UHGV virus genome: UHGV-0318153
Source of the DNA: a virus
DNA: 64,000 nucleotides
Direction: 5' to 3' (one strand)
The translations under genes were made by a program, and so were the position numbers. The notes beneath the pieces were generated by a model, which saw only the letters and a program-made list of their open reading frames with translations, was not told where the DNA came from and did not search any database. Below are positions 41,240-51,321 of the stretch, one piece after another. The number at the start of each line of letters is the position of its first letter. Within the stretch, counting starts at the first letter, position 1.

Positions 41240-42424
41240 ATGAGAAGAAGTGTGAATAATAGTATTATTACTAAAGAACTTATACTATCTAAAGTTAGTC
41301 AAATAAGTATATTTGCAGCTTATACAGGACTATCTATTGAAACTATTCAAGATTGTATAGATAATAATACTATGATTTCTAGTCCTTTTCGCATTGATGA
41401 ACATCCCAGTTTTGGTTTTAGATATGATAATAGAAATAAACTTAAAGGTCGTGACTTCGCCGGGTACTTTTGGGGTGATTGTTTTGATGCAGCCGCTTTT
41501 GTACTTTCTGCTAATAATCAATTTATTAATGTTAGCGAGAAACAATATTTTAGACTTGTTTTAAATCATATAGCAAATACTTTTAAACATATAATTTATG
41601 GAACAGAAAAAGATGAAAATATTAATAATGAAATACAAGTTGGATTAAATATAATTCGTAATAGAAAAAATGTTATAGAACTTGTAATTCGTAATTGGGA
41701 AGATTATGATATAAATTATTGGAAACAATTTGATATAGATATTAGTTTACTTAATACTAATTTTGTTTATCCTATTGACCAATTTTATATTAATCGTAAT
41801 ATTAATCCTGAACCTAAATATTATCATAATAAAAAAGATTTATGTTATGGTTATATATTAGGACAAGATAAACATGGAATATATAACATTAAACTTTATT
41901 TTCCTAATCGTAAAAAAGGTGATGTTAGATTTATTACTAATTGTAATCATATTGAAGGTGTTCTTAATTTTAATACAAACGATAAATATGATTATATAAT
42001 TATAACTAAATCTACTAAAGATAGACTTGCTTTAAAAAGTTATTTAAGCAAGACTACTATGTCATCATTCCTCTACGGGCAAGCTACAATAGGCTTAATT
42101 AATATTCCATGTGAAAGTTATAAATTAAAAGATAGAGAGTATGAATATCTTCTTAATAATATAAAAGATAGATATAATATTATTAGTCTTATGGATAATG
42201 ATATGGCTGGTAAAAAAGAAGCTATATGTTTAAAGAAGGAATTCAATATTACTCCTATACTTATTCCTAAAGAATATGAATGTAAAGATTTTGCTGAATT
42301 AAGACAAAATTATTCTATACAAGTTATTGACAATTTATTTAAAGACGTAATAAATTATATACAAGAAGATGAAAACATTGAAATTGATTGGAATACGGAA
42401 GAGAGCAATACTTTGCCGTTTTAA
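41240..42424 (+). CDS. DnaG-like DNA primase (degenerate zinc-binding motif + Toprim) ending in the SSB-like tail ...NTLPF
   Basis: SPFRIDEHPSFGF (compare DnaG CPFHxExTPSF). Toprim DxD SLMDNDMAGKKEA. Contains one dispersed-repeat copy. Confidence 0.6.
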   Translation: MRRSVNNSIITKELILSKVSQISIFAAYTGLSIETIQDCIDNNTMISSPFRIDEHPSFGFRYDNRNKLKGRDFAGYFWGDCFDAAAFVLSANNQFINVSEKQYFRLVLNHIANTFKHIIYGTEKDENINNEIQVGLNIIRNRKNVIELVIRNWEDYDINYWKQFDIDISLLNTNFVYPIDQFYINRNINPEPKYYHNKKDLCYGYILGQDKHGIYNIKLYFPNRKKGDVRFITNCNHIEGVLNFNTNDKYDYIIITKSTKDRLALKSYLSKTTMSSFLYGQATIGLINIPCESYKLKDREYEYLLNNIKDRYNIISLMDNDMAGKKEAICLKKEFNITPILIPKEYECKDFAELRQNYSIQVIDNLFKDVINYIQEDENIEIDWNTEESNTLPF

Positions 42425-42446
42425 TAATTATGCAAAAGAAGTTGCT

Positions 42447-42797
42447 ATAATGATACCTTTAACTGATGAACAAGTTGAAGAATTAGAAACAAATAGAAAA
42501 ATTATCATTGATGATAAAACAATTACTAGTGATAATATATATTGCTATGGTGATATTGATTTATCAGATAAAGAAAATGTTGAATATATTAAGAAATTTA
42601 ATTTAATTAATCAAGATGATTTTTCTAATACTATACATAGTAATTTTAATTATGAAGAAGGTATTGTTAAATATGAAGGTAAAATTCCTAAAACTTATTC
42701 AACAGATAATGTAATACTATGGTTTAAATATAATTATTTGCTTATTGGAAAACCAAAGAATGTATTAATATATAGATGTAAAAAAGTTGATTTATGA
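42447..42797 (+). CDS. hypothetical protein (start adjusted to MIPLTDEQ)
   Basis: ORF. Confidence 0.45.
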   Translation: MMIPLTDEQVEELETNRKIIIDDKTITSDNIYCYGDIDLSDKENVEYIKKFNLINQDDFSNTIHSNFNYEEGIVKYEGKIPKTYSTDNVILWFKYNYLLIGKPKNVLIYRCKKVDL

Positions 42798-43249
42798 TAG
42801 AATTAGATAAAATAGATATTAATTTTATTAATAGCGAAATCAATAATAAAGGACATTGTAAAGTTTTAGATGAATTATTACATAGTTTAGATGTTACAAG
42901 ACATCTTCCTGATGGTATGAGAATAACAGCAACTACTTATTATACTTATCATGCTGATTTAGCAAGATATGATTATACTATTAAAGATGCTGTTGCAAAA
43001 AATATATTAAGTAATGAGCAATATAATTTGTATTGTAATAAACTTAATGAAAGAATTGCCGCTAATCTTGAATATGAAAAACTTAATCCTCCAATAAATC
43101 CTTATAAAGATGGAAAAAGAAAAGTTAGTAAAAATCCTAGAAGTACTAGAAAAGCTAGAACAACGGATATGTTTACTGGAGAAACTACTATAAGTACTAT
43201 TAATGATAAAGGCGGTATTGTTAGGTCAAAAAAGATTAAAAATGCCTGA
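42794..43249 (+). CDS. hypothetical protein (151 aa)
   Basis: ORF. Confidence 0.5.
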   Translation: MIELDKIDINFINSEINNKGHCKVLDELLHSLDVTRHLPDGMRITATTYYTYHADLARYDYTIKDAVAKNILSNEQYNLYCNKLNERIAANLEYEKLNPPINPYKDGKRKVSKNPRSTRKARTTDMFTGETTISTINDKGGIVRSKKIKNA

Positions 43250-43284
43250 AGGTAAATTAGTATTTAATTTTAATAAGAAATAAT

Positions 43285-44475
43285 ATGCAATGGCTATTTA
43301 GAAGAAATAATGCTGGACAACCTTGTTGTTGGGGTGTTGAATTAAATAATAATTCAATAGTTGTACAATATGGTATTGTTGGCAAAACTATTCATCAAGA
43401 GAAATATATTGTTACTCAAAAAGATGGTTTAAAAGAAGTTCAATCTCGTATTAATAGTAAACTTAAAGAAGGATATATATTTGCTAATGAAATACGTGAT
43501 GATAATACTGTTAATGAATTTCCATCTTTAGATTATCTTAATAATTATCTTCCACATGATAGAAGTAATAACAACAATGATGTTCTTCTTGCTATGTTAG
43601 CTAAAACTTATAATAGTAATTTATGGAAGAAACATTCATTAATGTTAGGACAATGGAAGATTAATGGTTTAAGATGTTTTATATCTGCTTATCAAGATAA
43701 TGATATATTTGCTTCTGTTAGATTAAGATTTCAAAGTAGAGAAGGTGAGATTTGGACTAGTCTTGATAATCTTGAAGATTATTTATTATCAGTATTGCCA
43801 AAAGAATTATTAGATTTAATGGTAAATGAACATTTTGTTCTTGATGGTGAAGTTTATCTTCCTGGTTATAGTATAAATGAGATTAATCATTTTGTTAAAA
43901 ATAAGAGTGATGATAAAAATAAACTATTACAATTTTGGTGTTATGATTTAGCTATTGCTGATATGACACAAGAGCATAGATTTAATATTCTTGATAATTA
44001 TTTATGGAAACATCGTTTTATTTTTATAAGTAAAGATGTTCATTTAAATAATCAAAATAGACTAGTTTATTTACCTTATGTTGATATAACAAATGACAAT
44101 GAAGCTATAAAATATAGAGATGAATTTATTAAAAATGGTTTTGAAGGTCTTATACTTCGTAATCCTTATGTTGAATATCAATTTGGTAAACGTAGAGTTG
44201 GTTTTCTAACTAAATATAAAGATAAAACTGATGGAAGATTTGTTATTATTGATATTCAAAAAGAACAAAAAAGAGATTTACCTATTATAACTTGTCGTAA
44301 TGATATTAATAATGAAACTTTTGATACAAGATTTAGTTATCCTCATGAACGACAAAAAGAAATACTTGATAATAAAGAAAAATATATAGGTAGAAATGTG
44401 TTTATTACTTTTGGCGAAAGAAGTGGTATTACTAATTGTCCATTTCATATTAGAGAAGTTTATTTAATAGATTAA
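43285..44475 (+). CDS. ATP-dependent DNA ligase (396 aa), with a variant motif I KINGLR
   Basis: Motif I KINGLR (KxDGxR with N at the Asp position), motif III FVLDGEVY, motif V EGLILR, and GKRR...KYK near the C-terminus. Confidence 0.55.
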   Translation: MQWLFRRNNAGQPCCWGVELNNNSIVVQYGIVGKTIHQEKYIVTQKDGLKEVQSRINSKLKEGYIFANEIRDDNTVNEFPSLDYLNNYLPHDRSNNNNDVLLAMLAKTYNSNLWKKHSLMLGQWKINGLRCFISAYQDNDIFASVRLRFQSREGEIWTSLDNLEDYLLSVLPKELLDLMVNEHFVLDGEVYLPGYSINEINHFVKNKSDDKNKLLQFWCYDLAIADMTQEHRFNILDNYLWKHRFIFISKDVHLNNQNRLVYLPYVDITNDNEAIKYRDEFIKNGFEGLILRNPYVEYQFGKRRVGFLTKYKDKTDGRFVIIDIQKEQKRDLPIITCRNDINNETFDTRFSYPHERQKEILDNKEKYIGRNVFITFGERSGITNCPFHIREVYLID

Positions 44476-44476
44476 A

Positions 44477-44908
44477 ATGGCAAAGAATGTAAGATTTAAT
44501 TTTGTAAAACGTAGCTTGCCCGTAGGGGATGTCAAGAAGGCTAAACCTACACAAAAGATAACAGGAGATATTAATCTTGAATTTGAAGTTATATCTAATA
44601 AAGTATTTGATAGAAATAAAAGTTATTATTCAGTATTTTTTCAAAGTGTAATTATATTTACTGATTATAAAGCGAAATCATATCAAATATTACATAAATA
44701 TGATGCTGAAACTAATGAACGAAGTTATTATGTTTGTCTTTATAAAGATAAAGTTGATAATGCTATTCCATTAGTTAGAGATTATACAGGTGGATATAAA
44801 ATTTATACTAAAGATATATTTTATGATATAACACAAGATACTAATATAGATGTAAAATTAGTTCAAGAAAGAGAAAATCCTAATTGTATTATTTATAAAA
44901 TACGATGA
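44477..44908 (+). CDS. hypothetical protein (143 aa). One dispersed-repeat copy near the N-terminus (SLPVGD).
   Basis: ORF. Confidence 0.5.
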   Translation: MAKNVRFNFVKRSLPVGDVKKAKPTQKITGDINLEFEVISNKVFDRNKSYYSVFFQSVIIFTDYKAKSYQILHKYDAETNERSYYVCLYKDKVDNAIPLVRDYTGGYKIYTKDIFYDITQDTNIDVKLVQERENPNCIIYKIR

Positions 44909-45186
44909 GAAGTTATTGCTGCTGATAATGATAATGAGTCATTGTCGGCAGCATTTTTGTTTGTATCCAAAATATATCAAAACATGGCTCAGAATAGGTC
45001 AGATTTTGCCTGTATTCGATTTTCTATATTGTCGTGATACATTGTAAGGATTTTGACAAAAGTCTGTCAGAATGGCTAGAAATGCAAAATAGAAAATTTA
45101 TTTCTGCCAGATATTTCTTGATTGTTTGTTTTGATAATATTGATAATAATATTATATTTGTTGTGTAAACTTATAAACTTAAAGAT

Positions 45187-45912
45187 ATGAAACAAGCTAA
45201 AATTATTGGTATTGCTGGCAAAGCACATAGTGGTAAAGATATTGCTGCTAGTATGATTGCTTATCAATTATTAGTTGATAATCCAACTTATAATGAATGG
45301 CATAAAAGACATTATGTTACAAATGCTTTATTAAGAGAAGATTTAATTATTCATTTTGCAGACCCTCTTAAACAAGTTCTTTCTATTATAACAGGACTTA
45401 GTATAAAACAAATTAATGAAAATAAAGATAAAGGTTATTATCTTTGGGATAAACAAGAATTGGTTGGAGATAATTATCTTGATGATTATAGATTAATTGA
45501 TATTAAAAGTTTAGAAATTACAGGATTAATTAATTATATAAAACAATTTGATGGTAAAATAGTTATTAGTATTAGAACTCTTCTTCAATTTATTGGAACA
45601 GAATTAATGAAGAAAAGATTTGATAACAATGTTTGGATTAGACCTACTATTAATAAAGCATATGAAATAGCTAATAGATATTCTTTATGTATTATACCAG
45701 ATGTTAGGTTTAAAGATGAAGAAGAAGCTATTCATAATATAGGTGGTAAAGTTATTCGTATTTGGCGAAATGATGCTCATATAGAATATTATAATAGTAA
45801 TCATAGTAGCGAAGAGATAAATATTGATGCTGATAAAACTATTGATAATAATGGTAGTTTACAAGATTTATATAATGAAATAGCTAAAGTTATAAAAGAT
45901 GAAGTATTGTAG
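45187..45912 (+). CDS. deoxynucleoside monophosphate kinase-like P-loop kinase (241 aa)
   Basis: P-loop GIAGKAHSGKD and C-terminal DVRFKDEEEAI..GGKVIRIWR, typical of phage dNMP kinases. Confidence 0.6.
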   Translation: MKQAKIIGIAGKAHSGKDIAASMIAYQLLVDNPTYNEWHKRHYVTNALLREDLIIHFADPLKQVLSIITGLSIKQINENKDKGYYLWDKQELVGDNYLDDYRLIDIKSLEITGLINYIKQFDGKIVISIRTLLQFIGTELMKKRFDNNVWIRPTINKAYEIANRYSLCIIPDVRFKDEEEAIHNIGGKVIRIWRNDAHIEYYNSNHSSEEINIDADKTIDNNGSLQDLYNEIAKVIKDEVL

Positions 45913-46312
45913 TTATAATGGTAGGCATTCCCTACGGGCAAGCTACAATGTACTTAAAAATCATCCTGATTATGGTGTTAATGCTGCACCTACTGTTTGT
46001 TATATATGTAAGAAACCGATGTTTTATACACCTTTCTTTAATACAATGAACAGAGATTGCTCAAAAGAAATTAATACTATCAATGGTGTAGTTTGTCCAG
46101 AATGTAAAGCAAAGTTAGAAATAGCTACGTTGTTTATTAAAACATTTGAAGAAGAAGATACAATTAGATTTGGTAGTTATATATTTATAAATGATAATGC
46201 TCTTGAAAATTATTTTGATAATGTTGAAGCATTGGATAAAATTAATTATATGCATCCAAAAGATTTTGATTTTCTTCGTAATGATATTAATTTAGATTTG
46301 TCGAATTTTTAA
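45899..46312 (+). CDS. Cys-rich hypothetical protein (137 aa). One dispersed-repeat copy at the N-terminus.
   Basis: ORF with CYIC...CPEC. Confidence 0.45.
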   Translation: MKYCSYNGRHSLRASYNVLKNHPDYGVNAAPTVCYICKKPMFYTPFFNTMNRDCSKEINTINGVVCPECKAKLEIATLFIKTFEEEDTIRFGSYIFINDNALENYFDNVEALDKINYMHPKDFDFLRNDINLDLSNF

Positions 46313-46323
46313 TTATAATTGAT

Positions 46324-47214
46324 ATGAAAATTATTGAACCTTCAGTTGAACTTTGGCTTCAAGAAGATGCTAAAGCTCATGTTGCAAGATGTGCAAGAAT
46401 TTGTTATGGTAGAGAAACAGGTAATGATGAAGCTACTATAAGAAGATTGATTAATGATAAACATTGGAGTATGTTTAGGCATGAAAGTATTTATGCAATA
46501 ATACCTAATCATGATAAAAATTTAGGAGATTTAGCTACTTATTATGATAATTGTCCTTATATTAATATTCATATGTTTGGTGGTTATACTTATGTTTCTA
46601 CAAATAGAAATTTTATAATGGATAATGAAGATTATCCTTTTATTAAATTAATTAAACAATATCAAGTAGATAGACATAAATTTATTAGTATTGAAGAACA
46701 TAGACAAATAACTATGCCTATGTTAAGATATACATTTAAAGTTACTACTCAAATTAGTACTAGTAGAGAACTTAATAGAGTTTCTCCTAATAGTATTGCT
46801 GAAAGAAGTACTAGATATGTATATGAAGATGGTAGTATTTGTAGACCACATTGGTTAAAAGATTATAGTGTGGTTGAAACTTTATATGGTAAATATATTA
46901 TTTATAAAGATGGTATTGAACAAGATAATATTGATGCTTGTAAAGTTCTTAAATATGTTGAGTCCTGTGATAGAGGATTTAATGATTATCAATATCTTGT
47001 AAAAACTGGTTTACATCGTCAAGATGCTAGAGGTGTTCTTCCTCTTGATACTGCTACAGAATGTGTCTACAGTTACTCTTATAAGGAATGGTGTCATATA
47101 TTAGATTTAAGATATTATGGAACTACTGGACGACCACATGAAAACGCCCGTATAATTGCTGGTATGATTAGAAATAAATTAATGGATTTAGGTTATGAAT
47201 TTAGAGAAGGATAA
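46324..47214 (+). CDS. thyX: flavin-dependent thymidylate synthase ThyX-like (296 aa)
   Basis: ARICYG, HWSMFRHESIY, R..S.....RSTRY and ARGVLPL segments resemble ThyX motifs. Confidence 0.6.
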   Translation: MKIIEPSVELWLQEDAKAHVARCARICYGRETGNDEATIRRLINDKHWSMFRHESIYAIIPNHDKNLGDLATYYDNCPYINIHMFGGYTYVSTNRNFIMDNEDYPFIKLIKQYQVDRHKFISIEEHRQITMPMLRYTFKVTTQISTSRELNRVSPNSIAERSTRYVYEDGSICRPHWLKDYSVVETLYGKYIIYKDGIEQDNIDACKVLKYVESCDRGFNDYQYLVKTGLHRQDARGVLPLDTATECVYSYSYKEWCHILDLRYYGTTGRPHENARIIAGMIRNKLMDLGYEFREG

Positions 47215-47360
47215 ATATGAAATAAAACCAAATATATTTGCTCCTAATCTTTGGTCTATATATCATAATGAAGTAATTATATATTGTAATATTTATAAAT
47301 CTGAATGTAAAAGAAAAATAAAAGAATTTGTAAAACAAGATAAACAAAATAATAAAAATT

Positions 47361-48146
47361 ATGGAAGCAATGAATGAATCTCTTTATAGTATTGATTATA
47401 AATTATCTAATATTATTAATGAAATAATTGAAAATGGTGGAGAAATTACCGATGAATTAGCTGAACAACTTGAAATTACTCAAGAAAATCTTAAATTAAA
47501 ACTTGGTGATTATCGTCGTGCTATTGCTGAATTATCTGCCCGTATTGATTATTGTAAAAATGAAAAAACTCGTATTGATGTTTTAACTAAATCTAGACAA
47601 AGAGTTGTTGATAGATTAAAAGCTGCAATGTTAGATGCGGTTGTTAAATATGGAGATGAAAATAAATCAGGAAACAAAGTTATTGATTTAGTTGATTCTA
47701 AATTAATGAGTCGTGCTAGCACAGTTTGTGAAATTGATACTAATCTTGTTTTAGAATTAAAAGATGCTGTTTTTGATAGATTAAGAGAATTATGGAATAA
47801 CAATATGTTGTTAGATTCTAATGAATTGCAAAGTATTGATGTTGATAGTTTTCTTAATACATTAAATGCTAATTTTAATGCTGAATATTCTGAAGAAAAT
47901 CAAATTAATTTTACAAAAGATGATTTAGAATCTACTAATGTTGAAATTAAATTTAATATACCTTTAATTAAACTTCTTGATAAATTAAATTATGATATTG
48001 TTAATACTTATTTTAACCATGAAGATACTGATGGAAGTTTATCTGTTGATATAGATAAAACAAGATATAAGAATTATATTCTTAATCGAGAAGCTAAATT
48101 AAATGTTGCTCGACTTTGTGAAAATCAAACTTTAACTATTAAATAA
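47361..48146 (+). CDS. hypothetical coiled-coil protein (261 aa)
   Basis: ORF. Confidence 0.5.
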   Translation: MEAMNESLYSIDYKLSNIINEIIENGGEITDELAEQLEITQENLKLKLGDYRRAIAELSARIDYCKNEKTRIDVLTKSRQRVVDRLKAAMLDAVVKYGDENKSGNKVIDLVDSKLMSRASTVCEIDTNLVLELKDAVFDRLRELWNNNMLLDSNELQSIDVDSFLNTLNANFNAEYSEENQINFTKDDLESTNVEIKFNIPLIKLLDKLNYDIVNTYFNHEDTDGSLSVDIDKTRYKNYILNREAKLNVARLCENQTLTIK

Positions 48147-48148
48147 TT

Positions 48149-48436
48149 ATGAAAAAGAATACTCTTGCTTTAAATATTGGAGAAGAAGCATTTGTTGAAG
48201 GTTTTGGTATTGTTAGATGTATTAAATCTAATATAAAGTTTAATATATTTTCTTGTTTACAATGTTGTATGTATGGAAAACATAGAAGATGTATGTCTGG
48301 AGAATTAGTAAATATTGATAGTCTTGGATATTGTATTGGTGAATATAGAAATAAAAAAGGACTTGACGATTGTGAAGAAGGAGTTATTTTTACTAGAGTT
48401 ACTGCTGTTGTTAAACTTAAAGATATAGAATTATGA
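48149..48436 (+). CDS. Cys-rich small protein (95 aa)
   Basis: ORF. Confidence 0.45.
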   Translation: MKKNTLALNIGEEAFVEGFGIVRCIKSNIKFNIFSCLQCCMYGKHRRCMSGELVNIDSLGYCIGEYRNKKGLDDCEEGVIFTRVTAVVKLKDIEL

Positions 48437-49500
48437 GTTATAGAGTTATTGGACAACCCTGGCGATATGCTGGGGTTGTCAATGTAGAAGATTGTAAAAC
48501 TACAGAAGAAGTAATGATTAAAGCTGGTCTTAATTATGAAGTTAAGAAACATGAGCTTGTTGCCAAAATGCCTATTGATGTAATGAATATGGATAAAGCA
48601 TTAGATGATTTTAATAATCTTAAAAAGAAAGATTCTGATGCACATATTTTAGGTAGTAATTTATATACTACTTGTCCGAATGCTTATTGTACTTATCGAG
48701 ATGATTATAAAATTCCTCTTGGAACTGTTAAGAAACAATATACTATTGTTCAAAATAAAGAGGCTTTTAAATTCTTTGATGATGCAATAGGTGCTAATGA
48801 AGCTAAATGGCAAACTGCTGGGTTCTTTGGTAATGGAGAAAGAATATTTGTTTCTGCTAAATTGCCTGACAATATTAGAGTAAAAGGTGATATTGTAGAA
48901 AATTATCTTTTGTTTGTTAATAATCATGATGGTAATGGTGGAGTTAAAATATTGTTTACTCCTATTAGAGTTATTTGTCAGAATACTTTAGCTGCTGCTT
49001 TAAAAAATGGTAATGCTTTATCTTATAAACATACTAGTTCTGTTCATAAAAATATAGAAGAAGCCCATCGTGTATTAGGTATTACTAAACAAATTATACA
49101 AGCTACTAATGATGCATATAATTTATTAGAAAGTATTAAGATGACTGATGAACAAGTTATGAAATATATCTGTGAATTTTATTTGACAGATGAAGAAAAA
49201 TCAAAACTTCTTAATACAGGTCATAATTATAAACAAGTTATATATCGAAATGGTTTAGCTTGTAATGATGCAGAAATTAGTACACGTAAATTGAATATTA
49301 TTAGTGATAATTGGGATTATTATAATGTTGGTATTGGTCAAAAAGAAATAGCTGGTACTGCATGGGGTGCTTATAATAGTATCTCAGGATATTATAGTAA
49401 TGTTGATACTGCTACAGGCGCTAAACGAATGGATAGTATAATGTTTGGAGATAAAAGTAGAAAATTAAAAGAAGCATTAGAATATGAATTTGCTATTTAA
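48433..49500 (+). CDS. DUF932-like phage/plasmid protein (355 aa)
   Basis: Resembles the DUF932 family (IRVICQNTL, compare RVVCxNT). Confidence 0.45.
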   Translation: MSYRVIGQPWRYAGVVNVEDCKTTEEVMIKAGLNYEVKKHELVAKMPIDVMNMDKALDDFNNLKKKDSDAHILGSNLYTTCPNAYCTYRDDYKIPLGTVKKQYTIVQNKEAFKFFDDAIGANEAKWQTAGFFGNGERIFVSAKLPDNIRVKGDIVENYLLFVNNHDGNGGVKILFTPIRVICQNTLAAALKNGNALSYKHTSSVHKNIEEAHRVLGITKQIIQATNDAYNLLESIKMTDEQVMKYICEFYLTDEEKSKLLNTGHNYKQVIYRNGLACNDAEISTRKLNIISDNWDYYNVGIGQKEIAGTAWGAYNSISGYYSNVDTATGAKRMDSIMFGDKSRKLKEALEYEFAI

Positions 49501-49506
49501 AATTAT

Positions 49507-50187
49507 ATGATTATGAAAAGAAATGAAAATTATGTAGAACACGCACTTAAAATGCTACTAAATGGTAGTAAAAATGGAGATGTACTTAATTATTTAATTG
49601 AACAAGATGAACTTAATAAAACAATACCTGTTAAATGTTGGAGAGAAAATAAAGATATACCTCTTCCTACTTATGCTCACGATGGGGATGCTTGTTGTGA
49701 TTTATATGCTCAATCTATTGAGTATGATGATAAAAAAGATAGATATATTGTTCATACAGGACTTCATATTGCTTTAGATAAAGATTATGAATGTGAATTA
49801 AGACCTAGAAGTTCTCTTAGTAAAACTGAATATTATATAGCTAATACACCTGGTACTATTGATGAGCCTTATAGAGGAGAAATAATGGTAGTATTTAAAT
49901 CTAGAAACAATATTAGATTAATAAATATAATTGATAATATTAGAATTAATTTAGAGAAAATAAATATTAATAAACTTAATGAATGTCATTTTGAAATATT
50001 TAATATAATAGATAAAAATAGATACGAATTTAATGATATAAATGAATTTCCTTATAAAGTAGGAGATAGAATTGCTCAAATTCTTGTTCGTAAAAGAACT
50101 AAAATTGAATGGCAAGAAGTTGATAAATTAGAAGATTTAGGTGAAACTGATAGAGGACAAGGTGGTTATGGAAGTTCAGGCAAATGA
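49507..50187 (+). CDS. dut: dUTP diphosphatase (trimeric dUTPase) with a ~55-aa insertion between motifs 3 and 4
   Basis: Motifs ACCDLYA, PRSSLS, GTIDEPYRGEI, GDRIAQ and RGQGGYGSSGK. Confidence 0.85.
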   Translation: MIMKRNENYVEHALKMLLNGSKNGDVLNYLIEQDELNKTIPVKCWRENKDIPLPTYAHDGDACCDLYAQSIEYDDKKDRYIVHTGLHIALDKDYECELRPRSSLSKTEYYIANTPGTIDEPYRGEIMVVFKSRNNIRLINIIDNIRINLEKININKLNECHFEIFNIIDKNRYEFNDINEFPYKVGDRIAQILVRKRTKIEWQEVDKLEDLGETDRGQGGYGSSGK

Positions 50188-50437
50188 TTTAAAACCTTTA
50201 GATAATAATTCTCCAGTAAATGCTGGAGATTATTTTATTCATATTAAAACTGAGAATTTATATAAAGTTATAGAAGCAAGAGATAATCTTATTAAATTAA
50301 ATGGTAAATGGAGTCCTGGAGTTATATATACTAGAGCTGATATTGAAAGTCAAATGTATGTTAGAACTCTTGATGATTTTCGTAGTCATTTTAGTCTTGC
50401 TCATAGTTTTACAGATGAAGAAGTTGTACAAGTATGA
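50168..50437 (+). CDS. hypothetical protein (start adjusted to MEVQAN)
   Basis: ORF. Confidence 0.4.
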   Translation: MEVQANDLKPLDNNSPVNAGDYFIHIKTENLYKVIEARDNLIKLNGKWSPGVIYTRADIESQMYVRTLDDFRSHFSLAHSFTDEEVVQV

Positions 50438-50694
50438 AAATAGTAGAAATTATAACAATTAAAGATTGTCTTGCTTGTGAATTTGTGAGTAGTGTATTAC
50501 AAGATATATGCAAAAATATAGATATAAAATGCAATATAGTAACTTGTAATAGAGATGTTGCTAATACAAAATATAAAACTAATGTATTTCCAACTGTTAT
50601 AATAAGAGAAAACATTAGAGAAATAGCCAGAATATTTGGTTCTATGCCTGCTGATTTTTATAAAAGTGTAATTGATAAATTTGAAACATTGTAA
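50434..50694 (+). CDS. glutaredoxin/NrdH-like redoxin (86 aa)
   Basis: CLAC active-site-like CxxC at the N-terminus, small size, and a position next to nucleotide-metabolism genes. Confidence 0.45.
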   Translation: MKIVEIITIKDCLACEFVSSVLQDICKNIDIKCNIVTCNRDVANTKYKTNVFPTVIIRENIREIARIFGSMPADFYKSVIDKFETL

Positions 50695-50696
50695 TT

Positions 50697-50888
50697 ATGG
50701 AAGAAGAAATTGTTGGAATTTATGATGAAGATGGACAAGGTTATATTTGTGATTGTCCTATATGTGGTAATACTGTTCATATAGAAGAATATGCAGATGA
50801 TGAAACAATAGATATGATTACTGATAATGAAGTAGTTGAAATCTATTGCGATAAATGTGATAGTTATTTTGAAGCTCAATTAAGTTAG
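50697..50888 (+). CDS. zinc-ribbon protein (63 aa)
   Basis: CDCPICGN...CDKCD. Confidence 0.45.
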   Translation: MEEEIVGIYDEDGQGYICDCPICGNTVHIEEYADDETIDMITDNEVVEIYCDKCDSYFEAQLS

Positions 50889-50925
50889 AAAGGAGGTGAA
50901 TATGAAAAAGATGTAATAGATAGTA

Positions 50926-51109
50926 TAGCTTGCCCGTAGAGGATATGAGATAATGCTACATTCCCTACGGGCAAGATACTGCCAGTAAATGTTATAATTT
51001 AGTTATTATTAATATTGACAATTTAGTTATTGTTGATATTACAGCTTGCCCGTAGGGAAGTGATGATATAGCTAGCTATCATGCCTAGCAATCCTCTACG
51101 GGCAAGCTA
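50926..51109. repeat. Cluster of four dispersed-repeat copies arranged as two inverted-repeat hairpins (R 50926-50944 / F 50961-50975; R 51042-51059 / F 51091-51109)
   Basis: AGCTTGCCCGTAGAGGA...TTCCCTACGGGCAAG and AGCTTGCCCGTAGGGAA...TCCTCTACGGGCAAGCT. The stems are at least 11 bp perfect. Confidence 0.9.
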
Positions 51110-51182
51110 AAATAATCTAATTGATATTGGAAAAATGAAAGATATTAAAGATACTGTTGTTGATTTAAGTATTAAATTTATT

Positions 51183-51220
51183 GCCGCTATTGCTTGTGAA
51201 AGTAGTAGCGGTTTTATTTG
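51183..51220 (+). terminator. Hairpin gccgctaTTGCTTGTGAAAGTAGtagcgg + TTTTATTTG, sharing its loop with the 26764 hairpin
   Basis: Read from the sequence. Confidence 0.45.
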
Positions 51221-51321
51221 TGATATGCTGGAACACCAATATTTTATTATATATAATAATATTATTAAGGAGCTGTAAATAGCTGATTATCAGGCAGTTA
51301 CAAACATTTTGCATCACTCAT

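Noticed and set aside
50926-51109. Possible CRISPR-like array built from the GC-rich repeat copies
   Set aside because: The copies alternate in orientation as inverted pairs, and the spacings are irregular (16, 66 and 31 nt). They fit hairpins. They do not fit a repeat-spacer array.
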